Virus record (IMG/VR): IMGVR_UViG_3300044815_000135
Coordinates: 1 to 63,072 of that record
Strand: one strand, 5' to 3'
Source of the DNA: a virus
Taxonomy: Duplodnaviria > Caudoviricetes
DNA: 63,072 nt
This document shows, one piece after another, positions 1 to 8,529 of the stretch. Numbering within the stretch: the stretch's first letter is position 1; each line of letters opens with the position of its first letter. A program made the translations under genes and the position numbers. The notes beneath the pieces were generated by a model. It ran no database searches and had not been told where the DNA came from. It saw nothing but the letters and a program-made list of their open reading frames with translations.

Positions 1-51
1 GTCCAGAAAATTCAACTAAAGACTGAAATCCTTTACTAAAGCCAGTCATTT

Positions 52-264
52 TCATCTTGCGACCCCTAACCATATAGCTGCAATTATAAAACCGAAAGTG
101 GTAATAAGGAAGATGAAGGCAAAAACAACAGCAACCCTGCTGAGTGTATAGTTTTCCTCTGCTTTAGATACCCCAGATATAATTGCTAGAATAATGGCAA
201 AAATAAGAGAAACCCCAGCAGAGAGAAGAGCAGTGAAAATCATATTACACCGCCAACTGTTCAA
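52..264 (-). CDS. small membrane protein (2 TM)
   Basis: Two long hydrophobic segments; tightly packed with neighbours. Confidence 0.6.
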   Translation of the reverse strand: MNSWRCNMIFTALLSAGVSLIFAIILAIISGVSKAEENYTLSRVAVVFAFIFLITTFGFIIAAIWLGVAR

Positions 265-670
265 TCATGGAGCCTTTGATTGGATCGACCATGACATAGC
301 CCCTGCCGAGCATATCCTGAATGGTTTCTGGGTCAGTAATGCCCAAAGATTGAGGAAGAACTACATCCCAAAGGCCTAAGATTGCACCAAGCCCGATAAG
401 TTGAAGAGCTACCCCCTGGTCACCAATCCAGCCCCCAAGCTCTATGTAGCTAGGTCCTTCCATCAGTCGAGCACAAGTAATCTCACCGAACTCTCCCTGT
501 TGTGCTGCTTCAATGTAACGAGCAAGCTGTTCTCCATTGATGGTAGAACCTTCGGCTCTTTTGACTCCAAAGAAACCAACCGAAGTAGCTCCTTCTTCAT
601 CAATCGGTACCTGTACTGCGTGAAGCTGTACCAACTGAGACAGCTCTTGAATCGGTGTTGCCATTGTCAT
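245..670 (-). CDS. hypothetical phage protein
   Basis: 141 aa ORF with AAGGAG RBS. Confidence 0.65.
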   Translation of the reverse strand: MTMATPIQELSQLVQLHAVQVPIDEEGATSVGFFGVKRAEGSTINGEQLARYIEAAQQGEFGEITCARLMEGPSYIELGGWIGDQGVALQLIGLGAILGLWDVVLPQSLGITDPETIQDMLGRGYVMVDPIKGSMIEQLAV

Positions 671-986
671 TCTCCTTAGTTAGTTTTCCTTGATAGTGCA
701 TGATTAACTGAAGTCTTAATTCCTCTGTAAATTGCCATTTCATGGCCTTGAAAATCTTGATAGCCTCGTCAAGAGCCCAGTCCATCATGAGCCAGCGTTG
801 CTGCTCAATGGGAAGATTTGTAGTATGAACAGTCCAGTTAGTTTTGCCTTGAAAGCCTCGATCAATCCACCTATGGACCTCTGGGTGATTGAATATATCG
901 GGAAGGCTGTTAATCTCAGAGTTCCAAGGTAATCCGCACTTAGGACAATGAGTTATGATCGGTTTACTCATTTTTCTCCAACGCAT
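600..986 (-). CDS. hypothetical protein with CxxC
   Basis: CPKC motif; part of minus-strand gene string; start uncertain. Confidence 0.5.
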   Translation of the reverse strand: MRWRKMSKPIITHCPKCGLPWNSEINSLPDIFNHPEVHRWIDRGFQGKTNWTVHTTNLPIEQQRWLMMDWALDEAIKIFKAMKWQFTEELRLQLIMHYQGKLTKENDNGNTDSRAVSVGTASRSTGTD

Positions 987-1188
987 TCAAAGAAGCCCAT
1001 GCCCAGTCGAGCCAATATTGGGACTGAGTTATTATTTTTTGATCCCGAGTAATTCGCTCTTTAGCTCTAAATTCTCGAGTAACCTGAATAGAAATTACTC
1101 GGCGTAGATACCAGCGGATAAGCCATAGTGGAGTACTCATGATATCCAATCCACCCGCAGGGGTTGGGTAGTTATGTTGGTGATCCAT
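964..1188 (-). CDS. hypothetical protein
   Basis: Minus-strand operon packing; start uncertain. Confidence 0.45.
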   Translation of the reverse strand: MDHQHNYPTPAGGLDIMSTPLWLIRWYLRRVISIQVTREFRAKERITRDQKIITQSQYWLDWAWASLNALEKNE

Positions 1189-1349
1189 TCAGGATTACGA
1201 GTACCATGGCTTTCAAGATGGATAAGGCAAAGATACCCCCAAGAACCGGCTGTGGTTTTAGCATCTACGACTGCCTTATCAGGGCATCGATCAATATTGC
1301 AAGAGCGATTGAGAGGAGCATTAGCCCCTGGGTAAAATATTATTGTCAT
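1137..1349 (-). CDS. small Cys/His protein
   Basis: C-x4-C ... DAKT..G.WGYLC..H pattern typical of small phage Zn-binding proteins. Confidence 0.55.
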   Translation of the reverse strand: MTIIFYPGANAPLNRSCNIDRCPDKAVVDAKTTAGSWGYLCLIHLESHGTRNPEWITNITTQPLRVDWIS

Positions 1350-1358
1350 ATAACTATG

Positions 1359-1637
1359 CTATCGACTTTTAGAAACCCAGTCAAGGGCTTTTTTGAGGGC
1401 ATAGGCAAATGCCTCTTCTTGTGTAGCAAACCATCTACTAGTCCGACGTCGACTTGCATTATAAGCTTTCCAAGGTTTATCTTCAACCGACAACATCCGC
1501 CAGAACTTCTCAGGACATCGCCTAACAAACCAACGACCACCCTTAACAATTGACCGTCTCTTATCATGAGGGGGTCGAAATCTAAGGGTATTAGGCCATT
1601 GCTGCCATACAGGAATGTCCTGAGAGTAGGAGGGCAT
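1359..1637 (-). CDS. hypothetical protein
   Basis: Starts 4 nt after the upstream stop. Confidence 0.5.
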   Translation of the reverse strand: MPSYSQDIPVWQQWPNTLRFRPPHDKRRSIVKGGRWFVRRCPEKFWRMLSVEDKPWKAYNASRRRTSRWFATQEEAFAYALKKALDWVSKSR

Positions 1638-1640
1638 GAG

Positions 1641-2090
1641 TTATGAACAGGTCTTAGGTCCACCGAGCATTTCTGCCAGGCGATCAAATTCTTCACAATA
1701 GTTATTCTCTTTTGCGAGAAGTTCAGCATCTGCCCAAAACTGAGCAAGTCGAATGTCAGAACCAGTAATCTGCTCCACACCATTGCGAGTAGCGCGCTGA
1801 AGCCAAGATTTAACCAATAGCCGTTTCCCAGTAGGTCGTTTGTTGCGTTCAACTATGAGGAAAATGGTAATGGCCTTAGTACGTTCTTCATCATAGTAAA
1901 TTGGATTACTCTCCACCTCTCGATAAGAACCATGTATACTACTCCATGCTCTTCTAGTAGGTTTGGAGCCGAGGAGTTCAATTGGTGCATGGTCAGAAAC
2001 TTCACCTGGAGCTTGGTCAAACCACTTGATGAAAGCCTTACTCTCGACAATGTCAAATTGAGCCTGTCGCTGGGGGATTGTTAATGCCAT
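1641..2090 (-). CDS. hypothetical protein
   Basis: 149 aa, AAGGAG RBS. Confidence 0.65.
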   Translation of the reverse strand: MALTIPQRQAQFDIVESKAFIKWFDQAPGEVSDHAPIELLGSKPTRRAWSSIHGSYREVESNPIYYDEERTKAITIFLIVERNKRPTGKRLLVKSWLQRATRNGVEQITGSDIRLAQFWADAELLAKENNYCEEFDRLAEMLGGPKTCS

Positions 2091-2354
2091 TTTATCTCCT
2101 TAGTAGGTAAATTAATTACTGGGCAATGCTATCACCAAAGAATAATGGTGCTAAGGTTCTCTTTCTACACACTCCAAACCCCATACTGCCCGGTGGAACT
2201 CTAAGGAGCGGGAGTATGGGGTTCAGTAGGTTCCGCCTTATTCATTTCCTCCTGGGGGGTAGCCTATTAGTGGCTATGGGAGGGTAACTTCCTCGGCGTG
2301 ATTTCGTTACAATACAAGGCTATCAGCTAAGTTTAATGAGGTCAAGGCTCCCCT

Positions 2355-2692
2355 ACACAGTCATAATGCCCGCTTCACTGGATTACCCATTGCTTCTGAC
2401 CCGTTTATAAGCGGGCGATCACTTTTGGCAGTTCATGACGGGCATTACTAAGGTTCGCAATAGTTCTACCAGGGTTAGCTTTACCTCTAAACCTCAGTCC
2501 TGGCTATAGATACGGCGGAGCAAATCACTCTCCTATGCATCTCATACAAGCGGGGCTTTTTTACCCCTAGGTTTTAATACATAGACCCTAAACTAGGCTC
2601 ACCCGATGAAGTTTACAGACCTTTTCTCACTAGTTGGGCATCTTCAACTCTGTAAGGGGACAATGAGCAACCCCATCGCTTAGCCTCAGCGA
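2355..2692 (-). ncRNA. candidate large structured ncRNA
   Basis: ORF-free interval tiled by consecutive stems (TCGCT/AGCGA, TTACAGA/TCTGTAA, CCTAG/CTAGG, CCAGG/CCTGG, TAATGCCCG/CGGGCATTA). Confidence 0.5.
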
Positions 2693-2944
2693 CTAAATAA
2701 TGCTATCATTTGGGTTTACGGGACCCAAATTGCCTTTTTCAAGTTGTACAACTGGTATATCTACAATGCAGGGACATTTTGGACAGTTATATTGATACCC
2801 GGCAGGTGAAAGATTTTGAATATTCTCGTGATTAGTACTTGTTGTTACTGTCGCCTCAAATTTTAAGTCTTGGGGAATAATAACATAGGGAATACCCTCA
2901 TTCATCAGACTTTCGCATGAGGGGCATTTTAGTCGGATTGTCAT
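2693..2944 (-). CDS. Zn-ribbon-like hypothetical protein
   Basis: CPSC...CPKC. Confidence 0.55.
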   Translation of the reverse strand: MTIRLKCPSCESLMNEGIPYVIIPQDLKFEATVTTSTNHENIQNLSPAGYQYNCPKCPCIVDIPVVQLEKGNLGPVNPNDSII

Positions 2945-3159
2945 CAGAATGTCTCATTAATATCGGAGTACATAGCCTCTTCTTCTAGTTTTGCTTGGCG
3001 CTGGGCATCCGCTTCGTACGCATTCATGAGCGACCAGTAAGCAACAGTCCCATGATGTTTTGACTTTATGTGGTTGTTTAATCTCACCACGCTGGCAAAT
3101 TGCTTCTGGCAGTAAATACAGAAACTATCATCTGGGTCATTAGTGTTATGAATCTGCAT
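2944..3159 (-). CDS. C2H2 zinc-finger protein
   Basis: CIYCQKQFASVVRLNNHIKSKH fits C-x2-C-x3-F-x5-L-x2-H-x4-H. Confidence 0.7.
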   Translation of the reverse strand: MQIHNTNDPDDSFCIYCQKQFASVVRLNNHIKSKHHGTVAYWSLMNAYEADAQRQAKLEEEAMYSDINETF

Positions 3160-3282
3160 GGCTATTTCAACTGCCCAGAAAGAGCTGCTATGGATAGAAA
3201 GGCAAACAAACTAATGGGAAAGCTAGCTATGCAGAGCCAAAAAGCTGTACAAGGGTTCATACCATGTTTGTGAATTACAATC

Positions 3283-3678
3283 TTACTCATTACCCTGGTC
3301 CTCTTTCTCTTGTCGTAGATCTACCTGGCGAGCAACTTGCCATAGAGCTGCAGCCGAGATGTGTGGACCAAAGATACGTCGACCTTTCCACTTAAATGTC
3401 TCGCGGGCTTCATGCTCCCAGTACCCCTTATAGAGACTGAAGATAGTCTGTATCAGTTCAGAATCGCTAGCGTGAGGTGATAAATAGGCTTTGCCTCCAT
3501 AACCAGTACCCCATTCTCCAGTAATGACATCCTGTCGCCAGAATGCTATCTGATAGTAAAAACGGCCGCCTAGCACTTCCTTATCTTGACCGATTTGGAT
3601 GGAGAAGTTATGAGCTAGTTCAATATCTGCTGCAATGTACTCTAATCGAGTTTTAAAACCTATTTGTGTAGTCACCAT
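3283..3678 (-). CDS. conserved hypothetical phage protein
   Basis: GGAG RBS; C-terminal HEARETF..GRRIFGPH motif. Confidence 0.7.
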   Translation of the reverse strand: MVTTQIGFKTRLEYIAADIELAHNFSIQIGQDKEVLGGRFYYQIAFWRQDVITGEWGTGYGGKAYLSPHASDSELIQTIFSLYKGYWEHEARETFKWKGRRIFGPHISAAALWQVARQVDLRQEKEDQGNE

Positions 3679-3684
3679 TTCTCC

Positions 3685-3906
3685 TTAGTATGGCTCATTA
3701 CGAGTCCACCAAACAATAAAATTTATCCTGAGCTTTTGCCAGAACCATAATTTATTCCAATGCCAGCCATGAACCTCTCTCAGAGACTTTCTTACAAGCT
3801 TTATCTCTGAATCAATGATAATATCTGGGGCATCCATCAGGATAAGTTTAGAAAGTCTTTGCTTTCGTTCTTTTAGGAGCTCTTCAGCAGTCATACTTAG
3901 CATCAT
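3685..3906 (-). CDS. hypothetical protein
   Basis: 73 aa, packed against next gene. Confidence 0.5.
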   Translation of the reverse strand: MMLSMTAEELLKERKQRLSKLILMDAPDIIIDSEIKLVRKSLREVHGWHWNKLWFWQKLRINFIVWWTRNEPY

Positions 3907-4169
3907 ATATCAATGGAATATGAGACCCTAGGTACTATTTCTATCATTTTTCTTCCTATTGGCCTCTGGCTCGGATCTTATTGGCAGTGACGTAGTAGTA
4001 AAAAGTTCGCTAAGAGCTCACAGAGGTGCCGTACCATGGTTGGTATTTGCCCCCCCTGTGTTTTTGGGGTTTATTACCCGGGGGGGTTCAGCATATCAGG
4101 ATCCGGGAGCAAAGTCAAGGATATGCAGGAGAATATTTATTCAGGATTGGATGGGCAAAATGAGGATCA

Positions 4170-4660
4170 ATCGCGGATGATTTGATTCGGGAATATATGA
4201 GGATATATCGCGGATATTTTTGAGGGGAATATCGCGGTATTTTTATTGAGGATATATCATGGTATATATGCATGGGGATATATGCATCAATGGGTATATA
4301 TGATGGCGGGGCATATATGGGTTTGTATGGGCATCAGTGGGGGTAAGGGTGCCCGATATATCCCCCCATTGATCCCCCTATATTACCCCCTATCGATATA
4401 CCCCCTCATATGCGCGCCTATGCCCGATACGCCCCATATATACGCCCCCGATATAACCCCCTGATATCGATCCCCCAATGATGATTCCTCATATCCATGC
4501 CCCAACCCCCTGCCCGCGCATAATGAATCCCCCTCATATATACCCCCGCATGATATGGCGCCCCCTCGCCTCAACGCCGATGATGCGACCCCCTTTCGGA
4601 AATCGCGATCATTGGTCAGGGGGCGTTGTCAAGGCAAAAAAAAATATTTTTTTTTGTTCG
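4170..4660. repeat. low-complexity ATAT/G-run and C-run tract with skew flip, ending in an A/T tract
   Basis: G-runs before about 4350, C-runs after, separated by ATAT blocks; poly-A/poly-T at about 4636-4655. Confidence 0.7.
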
Positions 4661-4778
4661 AGTTTTTCCTTGCATTGTTAGTAGGGAGTATGGTAAAATA
4701 TTGTGAAGCGTTTTTTATTTGGGATTGCGCGCAAAAAAGCGCGAAGTCGAGGTTTAGTCGAAGTCGCGCGATTTTGGG

Positions 4779-5081
4779 TTAGGAAATGGAGTTTAGGAAT
4801 TTGCGGTGATTGGCGTAGGCGTTTTTGATGATGGCGCGGAATTCGTCGCGGTAGTGGAATTCGGCATCGGTAATGTGATCGATGTTTGTGTCGGCGTCGA
4901 TGAAAATATCGAAGAGCAATTCATTTTCGTTCAATTCGTCGATGGTAATGTCGGTGAGCGTGTCGTCGTCGTATTCGGCGAAGGCAGCGCGCATATCATT
5001 GGTGGGCGAGGAAAGGATGTAAAAGCAAATCGTCGCAGTGGCGAGTGAATCGAGTGTCAGGGTGGGGAGTGTTTTTGTCAT
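4779..5081 (-). CDS. acidic early protein (leaderless)
   Basis: TTGCGC-17-TATGAT, ATG 6 nt after the -10; Asp-rich. Confidence 0.7.
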   Translation of the reverse strand: MTKTLPTLTLDSLATATICFYILSSPTNDMRAAFAEYDDDTLTDITIDELNENELLFDIFIDADTNIDHITDAEFHYRDEFRAIIKNAYANHRKFLNSIS

Positions 5082-5337
5082 ATCATCATCATATCAGAGT
5101 AGGGAAGGGAGCGCAAGGAATTATTTAGAATCGGCGTCGAGGTCGAATCGGGGATCAATTGCAGCGAGAGGAAGTCGCATATCAGCGGTGGTGAAGCAAT
5201 CAGTGCGGTCGGCATCAGAGAGCAAATCAGCGAGAGCATCAGTCGCGGTCATGTCGTGAGGAAGGCCTCACTTATGAATTGTAGTCATCTTCCTCAACGC
5301 CTCAGAATCGCCTCTCAGCGACCTGAAGTGCTTGACC

Positions 5338-5646
5338 CTAAGATTGGGTGCGACGAAATTTCGGTTTGCCCTTGAGCCTCTTGAGGCCAGTGACCTGGGC
5401 GTTGTCCTTGCCCGAGGTCTTTGTCGGGTCAGAGTGATCTGATCCATGTCGTTCCCAGCCTGCTGGCAAGAGGTATGTCTCCAACTGGGTCAGGCTGCGA
5501 GTACCCTGAATGACTGCGGTGGATTCTGCCCCATAGATTTCCTCAAGGTTTGCTTGAAGAGTTTGCAGTGCCTCGAGTGAACTGAGGTCGCGAGCGTTAA
5601 GCAGTTCTCTCCCCGGTACCTCAAGGCCTTTGTTGTATGTTGTCAT
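5338..5646 (-). CDS. early hypothetical protein (leaderless)
   Basis: TTGACA-17-TAGGAT-6-ATG. Confidence 0.6.
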   Translation of the reverse strand: MTTYNKGLEVPGRELLNARDLSSLEALQTLQANLEEIYGAESTAVIQGTRSLTQLETYLLPAGWERHGSDHSDPTKTSGKDNAQVTGLKRLKGKPKFRRTQS

Positions 5647-5782
5647 GCTAACATCCTACCAAATCCTCTTACTTATGTCAAGGCAAAAGGCAATCCCGAT
5701 AGCCATCTTCCTAGCCATCCGTGAGACCCTCAGTCCAACCCACTACACACTTCAAAGCCCCCATTCCTGAGGGCCTGAAGCA

Positions 5783-6208
5783 TTAGTTGATGGGAAGAAG
5801 CAAAGATCCTAGGTAAGCAAGTTGAACTGTTGAGGGTGTTACTTTCTCTGTAGTAGAAACCACCGGAGCAACCTCAACTGTCGGGGTAACGATGGTGGTG
5901 TCAACCCATTCCTCCTCGACTACTTGCCAGTTGGGGCAGTCACCGGTTTCGGTCCCAGTGGCCTGAGCAACTTCTGAGGAGCGGCTTGCCTCAACCCAGT
6001 CACCGTAAATGGTAACTCCTTCGACCAGTTCAGCCGGAGCAACCCAGTGAATGGTGGTGAAGGTGATCGTTGCAGTGGTGCAGTCGAGGACTGGTTCCAG
6101 GTACTCGTCATAAGTAGCGGGAGCCGGAGTCTCGTCAGCGTGAGCGATTGCAGCAGGAGCAAGAGCAAGCAGGATGCCTGTCGCAATTGCCAGGATGCGG
6201 ATGTTCAT
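5783..6208 (-). CDS. secreted protein
   Basis: Sec signal peptide with AHA cleavage site; own promoter and RBS. Confidence 0.75.
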   Translation of the reverse strand: MNIRILAIATGILLALAPAAIAHADETPAPATYDEYLEPVLDCTTATITFTTIHWVAPAELVEGVTIYGDWVEASRSSEVAQATGTETGDCPNWQVVEEEWVDTTIVTPTVEVAPVVSTTEKVTPSTVQLAYLGSLLLPIN

Positions 6209-6323
6209 TTTAGTTCCTTTGGTTAGTGAAGCAGTGGATGGAGCTTATAAGAAATACTACCACTTCTTCGCTACTAATGTCAAGGCGATTTATTGGCTGT
6301 TTAAGCCCGTAGGTTTTGAAGAA

Positions 6324-6337
6324 GTATGCTAGCATTC
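6324..6337. promoter_or_regulatory. palindromic element GTATGCTAGCATWC (copy 1)
   Basis: Intergenic; recurs at 6894, 7841, 8256, 9346, core at 32285. Confidence 0.75.
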
Positions 6338-6397
6338 CTCCCACACCCAAATGGGCTGAGACACGCTCCTATGCCCCGGAGTGACCCGGGGACTTAG

Positions 6398-6658
6398 TTA
6401 GAGGAGGGCGAGTGCCCGGTCGGAAGGTGTGTAGTTCGGATCCAACTTCTTCATCTCATCGATGCAAAACTGAAGAGCCTTCTTCTTGGTGGCCCCGGTG
6501 AACCCGAGGGACTGAGCGACTGCAATGGCAGAGAAGCGGGATCGCAACTTCATCCCGGTTCCCAGTTCAATCTGCAGGGCTCCGATAAGCGAAACCAACT
6601 GAACCTTGCGGCGAGTGGTGGGATCGGTCATGTCGATGGTGAATCCGGAGTTAGTCAT
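6398..6658 (-). CDS. early hypothetical protein
   Basis: 86 aa, ATGA-coupled to upstream ORF. Confidence 0.7.
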   Translation of the reverse strand: MTNSGFTIDMTDPTTRRKVQLVSLIGALQIELGTGMKLRSRFSAIAVAQSLGFTGATKKKALQFCIDEMKKLDPNYTPSDRALALL

Positions 6659-6816
6659 GAATCAATATCCGTTTCTGTGTTCGAGGTCAGGTTGTCATTG
6701 ACCCAGAGGATGGCCCGCTCGGTGTCTCCCTTAGTAATCAGAAGGAACTTGATATCAGCCATTGCCTGCTGATAACCTTTTGAGTAGTTGCGAGAGTCGC
6801 GGTTATTGTTCGTCAT
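6655..6816 (-). CDS. small early protein (53 aa, leaderless; not in ORF track)
   Basis: TTGACA-18-TAGAAT-6-ATG; MTNNNRDSRNYSKGYQQAM...; stop overlaps next start. Confidence 0.65.
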   Translation of the reverse strand: MTNNNRDSRNYSKGYQQAMADIKFLLITKGDTERAILWVNDNLTSNTETDIDS

Positions 6817-6893
6817 ACCTATATTCTACCACCACGTGGCAAATGTTGTCAAGGTCAATTTTTTAGCTCCCTAAGGAAGTAGTGTGTCAAGGC

Positions 6894-6907
6894 GTATGCT
6901 AGCATAC
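6894..6907. promoter_or_regulatory. perfect palindrome GTATGCTAGCATAC (copy 2)
   Basis: Intergenic, about 42 bp upstream of a -35 box. Confidence 0.75.
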
Positions 6908-6975
6908 AACGGAGTCCACTAAGGCCTTAGGGACGCTCCAGTGCCCCCTATTCCTAGGAGGCCTGGATGTGAGGG

Positions 6976-7227
6976 TTAGTCACTCATTGCGTCGATGTAT
7001 GCATCCTCGTCTGAGTCCTCATCACCTGAGTCTTCATCCTCATCCTCGCCGAAGTCATCGCAAACCCAAATTCCTGAGGCGTGGTCGCAGTATCCGTGAC
7101 CAGTCGACCAGGCCTTCTCAACTGATTCCTTGATCGACTCATCAGAGCCGTAGAGCGAACCATCACAATCACCTGGTTCATGTCCGCAAGCGGGGAAGTC
7201 CTCGCAGCGTTCAGCCATCATGGTCAT
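6976..7227 (-). CDS. small Cys/His-rich acidic protein
   Basis: CEDFPACGH...CDH...C plus acidic tail; GAAAGGA RBS. Confidence 0.65.
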   Translation of the reverse strand: MTMMAERCEDFPACGHEPGDCDGSLYGSDESIKESVEKAWSTGHGYCDHASGIWVCDDFGEDEDEDSGDEDSDEDAYIDAMSD

Positions 7228-7235
7228 TTCCTTTC

Positions 7236-7346
7236 TTAGCGGTTGGAGGAGCGGTGGTCGGAGTCGGACCAAGCGGAGGTCGACTTGTCAGGACAGTTGG
7301 AGTCATGACCTGAGATTGAGAGGCAGATTGAGCAGTTCGTATTCAT
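7236..7346 (-). CDS. 36-aa leaderless peptide (not in ORF track)
   Basis: TTGACT-17-TAAGGT-6-ATG; CxxC...H...C. Confidence 0.5.
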   Translation of the reverse strand: MNTNCSICLSISGHDSNCPDKSTSAWSDSDHRSSNR

Positions 7347-7383
7347 ACCTAAACCTTACCATTGTCAACCCATCAAGTCAAGG

Positions 7384-7598
7384 TTATTCTTCAGTGTCTC
7401 TCATCATTTTGTCCCAGCAAGCGGAATGAGTGCCCGAGATGATTTGCTCCCTCAGGTTGGTGCTTACTGAGACCAGGGCATCCTGAATCAATTCCCCTTG
7501 TTGGTAGGTTTCCCATTCAATGCGAGGCACCTCGACTACCCCACCTCGATGGCAAAGAAACATGAGGGTGTGGCAATTACGATGGTTGTGTTAGGCAT
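7384..7598 (-). pseudogene. frameshifted Zn-binding phage protein
   Basis: MPNTTIVIATPSCFF then -1 frame CHRGG...GELIQDA...REQIISGTH.ACW; break at about 7554-7560. Confidence 0.55.
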
Positions 7599-7762
7599 CA
7601 GAGGATGGTCCTTCTCTTGCGTCGAGCGGGAGTGCCCCGACGATGGTTGAGTGATTTGTCTGCCTTGCGGTCGGGCATCACGAAAGAGAGGCCTTCGCGG
7701 CGGGCGAGGATGCGAGCGCGCATATCCTCAGCCTGGGCAGTGGTGATGGATGAATTCGTCAT
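7598..7762 (-). CDS. 54-aa Arg-rich leaderless protein (not in ORF track)
   Basis: TAGACT-17-TAGCAT-6-ATG. Confidence 0.6.
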   Translation of the reverse strand: MTNSSITTAQAEDMRARILARREGLSFVMPDRKADKSLNHRRGTPARRKRRTIL

Positions 7763-7840
7763 GCCTCAATGCTACCATAGTAAAGGGCAAAAGTCTAAGG
7801 CGTCCTCAGCGGCGATTTTGAGCGTGTCGCAGTCGTCGGC

Positions 7841-7854
7841 GTATGCCAGCATAC
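7841..7854. promoter_or_regulatory. palindromic element GTATGCCAGCATAC (copy 3)
   Basis: One mismatch to consensus; about 43 bp upstream of a -35 box. Confidence 0.7.
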
Positions 7855-7902
7855 CTCAGAATTTCTACACGCCTAAGAGGGCCCCATAGGGGCCCCCCTT
7901 TC

Positions 7903-8091
7903 TTATTTGTAGATAATTCGTTCAAGCAACCAGAGTTCAATTCGAGTGTAATCGGCGAGGCAGGCCTGAGGGTCGCGAGCGGTTTCGAGCAAGAAGTTCA
8001 GGTCGTAATCGTTCGGGTTCTCATCGATCGCAAGGAGTGCCTTGCGCATGTCAATTCCAGTAACTTCGGAAGGGATGATGTTTTTCGTCAT
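7903..8091 (-). CDS. early hypothetical protein (leaderless)
   Basis: Extended -10 TGG-TAAAAT 5 nt before ATG. Confidence 0.65.
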   Translation of the reverse strand: MTKNIIPSEVTGIDMRKALLAIDENPNDYDLNFLLETARDPQACLADYTRIELWLLERIIYK

Positions 8092-8255
8092 ACTTCATTT
8101 TACCATACCCCCTCGCAAATGCCCTAATTCTTTCGAGGCCCCAGGAAGCATCGTAAGGTAACCCTCAAGTTTGCTGTAGTATTGGTCAGCTCATCTCGAC
8201 TCCACCCTTAGGATCGTTCCTGGGCCGGCTGTTTTAGCCCATGGAGTGTTTGGGC

Positions 8256-8269
8256 GTATGCTAGCATAC
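8256..8269. promoter_or_regulatory. perfect palindrome GTATGCTAGCATAC (copy 4)
   Basis: Intergenic. Confidence 0.75.
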
Positions 8270-8347
8270 CAGGAAAACCGCTGCCCCCTCAGAGACGCCT
8301 CTGACGCCTTCTGAGCCTATGGCGTTTTTGATCGCTCAGGCCAAACG

Positions 8348-8388
8348 TTATCAACATGTTAATAAAGATGTGCATAAGTTTTTCAACA
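8348..8388. promoter_or_regulatory. cluster of four DnaA-box-like 9-mers
   Basis: TTATCAACA 8348, TGTTAATAA 8357, TGTGCATAA 8369 (fits TTATNCACA on the reverse strand), TTTTCAACA 8380. Confidence 0.55.
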
Positions 8389-8465
8389 ATGGCCTTGACT
8401 TTCGCGAGCGACTATGGTTTAATTGATGTGAAGCGTGTTTACTTTTGATTAGCAAACGCTAACAA

Positions 8466-8481
8466 TGTTTCACGTGAAACA
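8466..8481. promoter_or_regulatory. parS: parS site (chromosomal consensus)
   Basis: Exact TGTTTCACGTGAAACA palindrome, intergenic. Confidence 0.85.
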
Positions 8482-8529
8482 TCGACACACACCGAATCAC
8501 CCCCCGCGAGGGGGGATCATCGGCGAGGG

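Noticed and set aside
3959-4782. ORFs 3959-4180, 4246-4464, 4383-4574, 4478-4681, 4555-4782
   Set aside because: Arise from low-complexity DNA, overlap one another and lack credible RBSs
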